This document shows, piece by piece, positions 56,243 through 64,000 of a stretch of 64,000 nt of DNA. Below the pieces are notes generated by a model. That model was given only the letters and a program-made list of their open reading frames with translations, was not told where the DNA came from and did no database searches. The stretch spans positions 1,120,001 to 1,184,000 of the forward strand of contig CBDBKE010000004.1 of assembly GCA_965206645.1 (NCBI GenBank). Reading direction: 5' to 3'. Position numbers and translations under genes: made by a program. The number at the start of each line of letters is the position of its first letter. Position 1 is the first letter of the stretch. This DNA is from Terriglobia bacterium (GTDB taxonomy: Bacteria; Acidobacteriota; Terriglobia; JAJPHL01; JAPKYU01).

Positions 56243-56923
56243 TTAGGAGGCTGTGGTATCGGGATAGTCGAACGGGTCTTCCACCTCCACCACCTCCGCC
56301 GCCCGGATGGACTCGCGATTCCGACGGAAATAGACGAATGCCGAGACCACACCTAGTCCGAAACCGATGGCGTGGGTTCGGTAGCTGACGTTCTCCTGAA
56401 GCGTCGACGGCCACAGGACCACCAGTATGATGCCTACCGCCCGCACGACCCGCTTCCCGAGACCCACTCTGCGATCCACGAGCAGGTTCATGCTCAGCCA
56501 GAAACCCACCATCCAATAGACCAATCCTGACGCCCCCACCAAGCTGACCTCGGGAGGATAGGTCAGCAGGGAAAGGTAGTTAGTCAACCCGGCCAGAGCC
56601 AGACCCAGAACCGGGAAGACCCAGAAGCCGAAGTATCCAAAGAGCAGATAGCTGAAGAAGGCGAGAAAGATTGCGTTCGAGAAAAAGTGCGCAATGTCCG
56701 TGTGCACCGCTACGGCCGTCAGCAGTCTCCAGTATTCATGTTCCTCTAGAGCCCCTTCCGAAGTGGCGGCAAGAATCGGCAGGAGAGCCGCTCCGTTCTG
56801 CCAGGCTAGCAGGGAAATCCCCAGAATCGTCAAGACCGAGAGTGCCCCGACTTCCAGGCTGTACTCTCGCGGTTTTCGCGAAAGGAGAGTCTCTAGGACA
56901 CGGCGGGACGGAAAACCTTCCAT
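56243..56923 (-). CDS. Rhomboid-family intramembrane serine protease
   Basis: EYWRLLT, H....H...N, VGASG, THAIGF. Confidence 0.9.
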   Translation of the reverse strand: MEGFPSRRVLETLLSRKPREYSLEVGALSVLTILGISLLAWQNGAALLPILAATSEGALEEHEYWRLLTAVAVHTDIAHFFSNAIFLAFFSYLLFGYFGFWVFPVLGLALAGLTNYLSLLTYPPEVSLVGASGLVYWMVGFWLSMNLLVDRRVGLGKRVVRAVGIILVVLWPSTLQENVSYRTHAIGFGLGVVSAFVYFRRNRESIRAAEVVEVEDPFDYPDTTAS

Positions 56924-57215
56924 GAGGTAATCTTGCCGCAGCGAAGGCGGAGGCTGCGGTCACGGTTCAGCTCCCCTAAAAGTTCTCGGTTTCCAGTCCG
57001 GGTTTCCCTGTTGCCCGATTCTTGTCCAAGCCCAGCAATTCGTCCTGAAACCGGCATGGGCAGGAGCATTTTCGCCGCATCCGAATCCGTTTCCGGTATG
57101 CCGACTTCCGGCCAAGTGGCGCCGAATCGCTAAACACATCTGCGTATCGTGTGGGCGACGTCCTTGTCCTGCGATAATGCGCGATACGAGGGCACTTGTC
57201 CGGTTAGCGCGTTAT

Positions 57216-57314
57216 CCGGAATTTCCTTTTTGGCCTTCCGGCGATTGAAAATATACACGCATCTGCGTCCCAGCCAGTACAATGTTTTCTCCGAGAGGAC
57301 CATCAGCTCCGAGC
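57216..57314 (-). mobile_element. Second solo IS1380 right-end remnant, cut by IS5
   Basis: Matches 655-752. Confidence 0.88.
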
Positions 57315-57317
57315 CTT

Positions 57318-58373
57318 GGCGTTGTTGCGTAATTCGCGCTCGCGGCGGACCGGGCCGAGAAGCTCATCCGCCTCAGTACACGCGCTCCGATCGTGGCATT
57401 CCAAGCTCCGCCATCCGGTTCAGCACAGCGCACTTGATCGCGGCTTCGACTTTTTGGTTCTTGACCGTGCGGGCCGAGAGGCTTGCCCCGAGTATCGCCT
57501 TGTACCGTGAGACCGCATTCTCCACCACGCTCTGGCGAGTGCAGCCACTCGACTTCCGCCACTCATAACGGCCCTGCGTCCTAATACGCCGGAGATGGGT
57601 ATCACGCATCGCACGCCACGGAGGCGGATGAGAGTCTCGGCTGCATCGTGCATTGCGTTGCGGCAAGATCGTCACGATAGCGTCGTGCTGGAGCACGGCC
57701 TCGTAGCAGGAACCCGTGTCGTAGGCCCGGTCTGCGGAGACTTGCCCGATCGAACCAGGAGTCTTAGACAGCAACGAAGAGAGCCTTCGGGCGTCGTGGA
57801 CGTTGCTCGCAGTCAGGTCCATCGCAACGATCTCTTTCGTCGTCTCATCGACGCCTAGGTGGAGCTTTCGCCATGTCCTACGGCGGAGGGTTCGGTGTTT
57901 TCTGATGTGCCACTCACCGGCTCCGTAGATCTTCAGGCCCGTCGAATCGATGACGACATGTCGTGGTCGATCCGTGGGCCCTACACTCAGTCGGACGTCG
58001 ACGGCGCTTTGCCTTCGGCTCACCGTGCTGTAGTTGGGCACTGGGAGGTCGAGAGCCATGAGCGCCACGATGGATTGAAGGAACCCTTAAGTGGTCCGTA
58101 GGTGAAACACCGAATTCAGGACCAGCGCACATTGGATCGCCGCATCTGCGTAGACCTTGGGCCGGCCTCGCCCTTCGAAGGGTCCTGGATGACGCCAGGC
58201 AGCCACTGCCTCCGTGTCGAACCACAGTGTCAGCTGCCCACGTTTCACCAGAGCCCGGTTGTACTCCGGCCAGTTGCGAACCTTATATCGGAAGGTGTAG
58301 TCGCTTTTGCCCATCCCCTAGCCTATCAGGAGGGAGAGCGTTGGGGATGGAGTCAGATTTCTGCAACAACGCC
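57318..58373 (-). mobile_element. IS5-family copy 4, with small deletions and a stop near 58090-58100
   Basis: IRs; split ORFs 58087-58314 and 57373-58068. Confidence 0.93.
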
Positions 58374-58434
58374 CTCTCGTCCTCTGAACCGCGCCGTCGA
58401 CGCCCACCGGCACGCATCGTTGACGCTGCACACG

Positions 58435-58677
58435 CTAGAACGCGACCGCGCCGACCCGCAGCAGATTGGTCAGGTAGGCGACCGCGTTCGACGTGCGTCT
58501 CTTGAAGTAGAAGACCCGTCCCTGCTCATGCTCACTGACGTGATAGCACTCCCACCGCTCCCGTCCCATCGCATTGAGCCGTTCGTCCACGTCTCCCAGA
58601 TCAGCGTGGGCCACCTCGAGTGACGTGTATTCGATGGCCCAGAGAGCCTGGAGCTCTGCTGCCGACAACTCGCGCAC
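58435..58677 (-). pseudogene. C-terminal part of a hypothetical protein (DUF4177-like), truncated by IS3
   Basis: EY.......LNAMGRERWEC......FYFKR. Confidence 0.45.
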
Positions 58678-58712
58678 GTCGTTGGCCCTCGTTCGCGCGT
58701 CGTCCAGGATTC

Positions 58713-59962
58713 TGACCTGACCGGCACTTTTTGTACCAAGTGGAAAGAGAGAGAATCCACTTGAGGAGGGAGTGAGGTCATGCCGACAAGGAGTTACAAG
58801 CCGGAGCAGATTGTAGCGGTGCTACGGCAGATAGAAGTGCAGATGGGGAACGGGAAGACTGCGCCCCAAGCCTGCAAAGAAGCTGGAATCCACACCCAAA
58901 CCTACTACCGGTGGCGGAAGGAATACGGCGGGCTGAAGGTGGTGCAGGCAAAACGGCTAAAGGAGTTGGAGAAGGAAAACACGCGGCTGAAGCGGTTGGT
59001 AGCGGAGCTTTCTCTGGAGAAGCAGGTGCTGCGGGATGTGGCACAGGGAAACTTCTGAGCCCTGAGCGGCGGCGTTGTGCGGTGGAGCGTGCGTGGGAGC
59101 AACACGGGTTGTCGGAACGGCATGCCTGCCGGCTGCTGGGGCAATGGCGAGGGACACAACGATACGAGCCGATTCATCGGGTGGACGAGGATGCTCTGAC
59201 CCGAGCGATCATTGCCCTGGGAGCGAACTACGGGCGATATGGCTACCGGAGGATCACAGCGTTGCTGCGGAGTGCGGGCTGGGAAGTGGGCAAGGACCGG
59301 GTGCAGCGGATTTGGCGGCGGGAAGGGCTGAAAGTGCCGCAAAAACAAAGGCCGCGAGGACGGCTGTGGCTGAACGACGGTTCCTGTGTACGACTGAGGC
59401 CGGAGCGACCGAACCACGTGTGGAGCTACGACTTCATGAGTGCCAGAACGCACGAGGGGAGAACGCTGCGGCTGCTGACCTTGCTGGATGAGTACACGCG
59501 GGAATGCCTGGCGATCCGGGTGGAGCGGAGGATGGGCAGCCAACAAATCATTGAGGCGTTGTCGGACGTGATGTTGTGGCGAGGGATACCGGAACAGATT
59601 CGATCCGACAATGGTCCCGAGTTCATCGCCAAACAACTGCGCCAGTGGTTGGCAAATCTAGGGACCGGGACACTGTACATCGAACCGGGCAGTCCCTGGG
59701 AGAACGGGTACTGCGAGAGTTTCAATGGGAAGCTGCGGGACGAATGCCTGAATGGAGAGATCTTCTACTCGTTGAAGGAGGCACAGGTGGTGATTGAACA
59801 GTGGAGGGTGCAATACAACACGGTGCGGCCGCACTCGGCGCTCGGCTATAGGCCCCCGGCGCCGGGGGCCTATAGCCCTCCCCTGCCACTGAAACCAGTT
59901 TCACAGCCCCAGGCTGCGATGTAAACTCTCACTACGGTTGGTACAAAAAATCGGTCTGGTCA
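58713..59962 (+). mobile_element. IS3-family element, copy 3
   Basis: Near-identical to copies 1 and 2, opposite orientation. Confidence 0.96.
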
Positions 59963-60099
59963 CCTCTGCCAGGGTGTCCCTGGCGAATTGCTAAAACGGG
60001 CCAATTTCTGCCATTTTTAAGATTTGATAGAATGCCAAGATGCGTGATCTTGTCATCCTTTTCGTTCATTTAATCGTTACTCTTGCCCGACTTGCAGGT

Positions 60100-60934
60100 C
60101 CGGGTGGCATCCGTTCTACGGCGCCCGTCAGATGGTTCGTCATCTGCGCCTTGAGGGGGTGCGCATCGACCGTCGCCGGGCCAGTCGTCTGATGCGCCTG
60201 ATGGGGCTTCAGGCGATCTACCGGGCGCCACGCACCAGCGATCCGCATCCCGAGCAGCGGGTCTACTCCTATCTGCTCAAGGGCATGTCGATCAACCGAT
60301 CCAATCAGGTCTGGTGCGCCGACATCACCTACATCCCGGTGCGCCGCGGCTTCCTTTACCTGGTGGCGATCATGGATTGGGCGAGTCGGCATGTGCTGGC
60401 CTGGCGGTTGTCGAACACCCTGGACGCGGGCTTTTGCGTCGAGGCGCTCGATGAGGCGCTGACCCGCCATGGCCAGCCGGAGGTTTTCAACACCGATCAA
60501 GGCAGCCAGTTCACCGGCTTCGCCTTCAGCGGGCGCTTGCAGGCGGCCGGTGTCCGTGTTTCGATGGACGGCAGGGGCCGTTGCCTGGACAACATCTTCA
60601 TCGAGCGGCTGTGGCGCTCGCTCAAATACGAGGCTGTCTATCTGCACGAGCGTACCGACGGCTTCGAGGCCCGGCGCCTCATCGACGAGTGGATCGGCTT
60701 CTACAACACCGAAAGGCCACACTCGGCGCTCGATGGGAAAACCCCGGCCGAGGCCTACCGCGGCGACCCGCTTGTGGGTATGATGGACAAGCCGCTACGC
60801 GCCTTGCCTACATACCCACAGGCGCAGCAACGGCGACAGGAAGATCTATCCAAGGAGATTTTGGCGGTATGAGTGACAATCGGAATATACCTTAAACAAA
60901 CCGCCAAGCTGCCCGACTGACCGGGGCCACCTCA
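60100..60934 (+). mobile_element. IS3-family (IS150-like) orfB and right end; 5' part missing
   Basis: NQVWCADITYIP, FNTDQGSQFT, DNIFIERLWRSLKYE; ends ...GGGGCCACCTCA. Confidence 0.9.
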
Positions 60935-60958
60935 CTGATGAACTGATTGGAAGGTCTT

Positions 60959-61660
60959 ATGGTACCGAAGAGCGAACGTTCCATCAGCAAAGTCTTTGCT
61001 GTTTGCCTGGCACTGATTGGTTCGATTTCCTTTCTGCGAGCCCAGCAGGCGTTCCCGTTCCCTCCGTTCAGTGCCGACTACCGCATCACTGACAATGTAC
61101 ATTTGCTGGACCCTGACAAGCATCCCGAGCCCAGAGTGATCGAAGGCCGAGTTTATCGGGACCGTCATGGGTGCGAGCGGCATGAGGACCGGATGCTGGT
61201 CGGTCCAAGGGGACGAGTTGCCCGGAAAAGGGTTTTCATCACCGACCAGGTAGCGGGATTTGAACTCGAGTTGCGCAAGGATTCCAAGCTAGCCATCCGT
61301 AGAGCAGTAGTATTCCCAGTAGGAAAATGGCAGCGTCCTCCTCCTCCCAGCGAAATTCCTGACCCACCCCCAGGGTTCAAACCTGTCGAGGATCTAGGAA
61401 CGCGGGAGATTGAAGGGCTGGAATGTAAGGGTTCTCGGAGCTACCGTCATAATGCCGAGGGCTACACTGAGACGTGGTGGGCTCCGTCCGTAGGCTACGT
61501 TACCAGGATGACGACGGTTTGGCCGGAGGGAGAGCTCACCCACGAGCGCTGGTTCAATTTCCAGGTTGGTACCGACCCGGACCCCTCTCTCTTCAAGGTT
61601 CCCAGCGATTACAAGGTCGTTGGCTGGTCCCCGAAGTATTCACCCCGCGTGGCGCAATAG
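60959..61660 (+). CDS. Hypothetical exported protein
   Basis: Signal peptide; EDLGTREIEGLECKG and PDPSLFKVPSDY, typical of acidobacterial exported proteins. Confidence 0.75.
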   Translation: MVPKSERSISKVFAVCLALIGSISFLRAQQAFPFPPFSADYRITDNVHLLDPDKHPEPRVIEGRVYRDRHGCERHEDRMLVGPRGRVARKRVFITDQVAGFELELRKDSKLAIRRAVVFPVGKWQRPPPPSEIPDPPPGFKPVEDLGTREIEGLECKGSRSYRHNAEGYTETWWAPSVGYVTRMTTVWPEGELTHERWFNFQVGTDPDPSLFKVPSDYKVVGWSPKYSPRVAQ

Positions 61661-61705
61661 GTGCTGCCCCGCACGGGCCATTCCCCGCAGCGCAGACCGG
61701 TTTCA

Positions 61706-62065
61706 GGCTACCCGTCACCAGCACAAACTGTTCGATATCCTCCCTCTCGTACATAGTCTGTTGGGCGTCGAGCATAAGTGCGGCGTCAGCCGTATCTTTA
61801 CCATACGGACGGATACGCTCTGTTTGACGGTCGTTCCGGACAAAGCGAACGCAGGTTCGATTCCTGCTTTCTTCCGGGCAGCTTGAGCACCATGGAACTC
61901 ATCCCTATCCCAATCGGCGTAAGCTTTTCTTATCAGAACGTGGCCTTTTTTCTAACTTCTTCTAGAATAAAGTGAAACCAAATGGCCGACCTGAGGCTTG
62001 AAATTGTACTGGTTGATAAGTCCGTAGCACACGTTTTCAAAGTCCATGAGAATGGCAACGTTCAT
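61706..62065 (-). pseudogene. NYN-domain (PIN-like) protein pseudogene
   Basis: Manual translation: MNVAILMDFENV ... GKDTADAALMLDA...IEQFVLVTG, with stops and frameshifts. Confidence 0.7.
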
Positions 62066-62094
62066 TAGTGGGTGACGAGACTTTCTAGCTTGTT

Positions 62095-62692
62095 CCGGCC
62101 AGTTGAGGTCCATAACTTCTTTCTTTGGCAGAGTCCTTGTCCCATTGCCAGCGCCTGCAACTGATTCATGACCGAGGTTCGGAAACGAACCAGACGCACT
62201 CGGTGCGGTAAGAGTTGCGGCAGATCCCGCTCGGCGGTCGCGATGGGACTCAGATCCGTGGAAAGCGGTTCTCCCGGAGCAGCTTCAGGATATGACCGGC
62301 GTCGCGGCGATCGGTCTTTTGTTTCCGGACCACCCCCGCACGGATCTGCGCCGCGTCTCCTACCCAGAGTTCGTGGCCCTGCTCGGCGAGCATACGCTCA
62401 AACCAGTTGGTTCCCCCGGTGGCTTCCATCCCGACGCGCGCCGGAGCCTGAAGTGCTACCTAAAACTGGTGGGCTTCGCCAGTCCCATGGTCCAGTCGAG
62501 GATTCAATATTTCGCCCGTTACAGAATCAACCATCGCTATCCGCTGAAACCGTGTGTGAAAATCGCAATCCGATTAGGTGCATCGCTCAGCTCCTCTCTT
62601 CCGAGCCTTGGTCGTTCCATCACGACCCAGTCTACTCGGTCTCAAGAAGCCAACTGTGCTTTTTCCGCCAGGCCCGACTCCGGAGCCTCGCA
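62095..62692 (-). mobile_element. IS110-family remnant: left non-coding end plus degraded RuvC-like N-terminus (ATG at 62583)
   Basis: Manual translation: DFHTRFQ, VGMEATG, RKQKTDRRDA, RT.V.NQLQA; several stops and frameshifts. Confidence 0.8.
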
Positions 62693-62955
62693 ATGAGAAA
62701 GAGGCTGTCGAGGGGCTAGAACTCAAAGACCATCTCGCTGTGTTGTTGGAAAACATCGGACGGAATCCTCTTCGCACTATTGATCCCTGTGTAAGCTAAT
62801 GTCCTACTCAAGAGGCAAAGAGAACGGCCTGTGGGCCAGAAAAGATCGCCGCAGCTCCTAGTTGCGCTGGAGGCGTCTGCTGTGAGTTCGCGTGGGCCGG
62901 GGGATAGGATCCAGTCCGGTCAGGGCCAGGTTGGCCAGCGGATTACACTTCAGAT

Positions 62956-63074
62956 GACATTGTCAAGTTGAGGCTAGCGGCCGTTTTTGATGCCCAGCAT
63001 GGCAGGTTCGCGACGGGCTAGAGCCCAGTATCTTGGGGTCAATCGGACGAGCTTTCCGTCAACTTGACAATGCC
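62956..63074 (-). mobile_element. MITE-B copy 2
   Basis: 119 bp; GACATTGTCAAGTTG...CAACTTGACAATGCC. Confidence 0.85.
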
Positions 63075-63388
63075 GGTCCGACTCACCGTAATGACCAGTG
63101 CTCTCGTAGAGCTTGCCCTCATGCCACAGCAGTCCCTGTGTATAGGCGCCGGGGTCGTGCGGGATTTTCCTCAGCACGTCGACGCGAAGGTTCGTCACAT
63201 CCGTGGCGGATTCCGATGCGCCGCTCGAAGACGAAGACCGCAAGACCCACCCCTCCCCACATCATCACCGCCGCCGCGCCAGCCACCAGCCACGACTTCG
63301 ACGCTCGCGACGCGGGTCGAGCGGCTGGCTGCCGCGACGGGCTACGCGCGGGGTCTCGCCTCGTCTTGTTCTTACGTCTCGCGGTCAA
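63075..63388 (-). pseudogene. Glutaminyl-peptide cyclotransferase N-terminal fragment, frameshifted and cut by MITE-B
   Basis: PHDPGAYTQGLLW..G.LYESTG.YGES. Confidence 0.82.
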
Positions 63389-64000
63389 ATCGCAGCACCT
63401 TGGTCAACCAACGACCTATGTCGTGGAGCTCCTCCGGACAGACTTGATGTTGCATCGGGTACTCGTGCCATTCTACGGCGTAGCCTGCATCCGCCAGCCC
63501 ATCTCGGGTCAGCGTCCCCAGCTCGATCGGCACCGTCGGGTCAGACGACCCATGGGCCTGGAAGATGGGCGTCCGCCAGTTGGCCTCGCTGGCCTCTGCG
63601 GCCAGCGTCTCGGCAAGCACGAGGTAGGCTGAGAGCACCATAATACCCGCCAGCGTCTGCGGGTGACGCAGCCCGGTGAACAACGCCATGGCTCCCCCTT
63701 GAGAGAACCCCGCCACCACGATCTTCCCGGGCGCAACCCCGCCTTCCACTTCCCGGGCGATGAGCTGCCGAATGCCCCCAGCGTTCCGCCGAATACCGGG
63801 CTCGTCTTGTCCTCTCGCGTCGAAGCTCTTGATGTCGTACCAGGCTGGCATGATGCAGCCCTGATTGATCGTCACCGGAATGCTCGGGGCGTGGGGAAAG
63901 ACGTACCTCACGGCGAGCTCGCTCGGCAGCCCAAGCTGCGGCGGCACGGATGCGAAATCGTATCCGTTGGCGCCCAGACCGTGCATCCAGATCACGGACG
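63372..64000 (-). CDS. Carboxylesterase/phospholipase (alpha/beta hydrolase); start lies beyond the window
   Basis: WMHGLGA, MPAWYDI, AGFSQGG, HEYPMQH. Confidence 0.93.
   Translation of the reverse strand, partial: SVIWMHGLGANGYDFASVPPQLGLPSELAVRYVFPHAPSIPVTINQGCIMPAWYDIKSFDARGQDEPGIRRNAGGIRQLIAREVEGGVAPGKIVVAGFSQGGAMALFTGLRHPQTLAGIMVLSAYLVLAETLAAEASEANWRTPIFQAHGSSDPTVPIELGTLTRDGLADAGYAVEWHEYPMQHQVCPEELHDIGRWLTKVLRFDRET

Overview
GC-rich bacterial chromosomal window (gene style suggests Acidobacteriota, possibly host-associated; this is inference) that has been heavily scrambled by insertion sequences. It holds more than 20 complete or partial IS of the IS3, IS5, IS6, IS30, IS110, IS256, IS481, IS630, IS1182, IS1380 and IS1595 families, plus two families of IS6-type MITEs. 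Apparently intact genes include the katG 5' part, a topoisomerase III-RecQ-HRDC fusion, bactofilin, HigBA, HU, LysR, an M28 peptidase, two Sel1-repeat proteins, a rhomboid and a carboxylesterase. A minus-strand defence cluster (DUF499 ATPase, type IIG R-M, type III Mod, SIR2/STAND-like tail) has been dismembered. The most notable structures are: (1) a Cre-like recombinase bracketed by two inverted lox-like 15-6-15 palindromic sites that sit exactly at the inner ends of a diverged inverted duplication; (2) five co-oriented 131-bp MITEs with IS6 ends, an IHF-consensus site and hairpins, none with a TSD; (3) an IS1380 transposition unit with an alternative right end and a TTAAG TSD that carried bactofilin into the R-M gene; (4) a duplicated long structured leader plus 82-aa gene. 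All coordinates and motif calls were read by eye; no searches were run.
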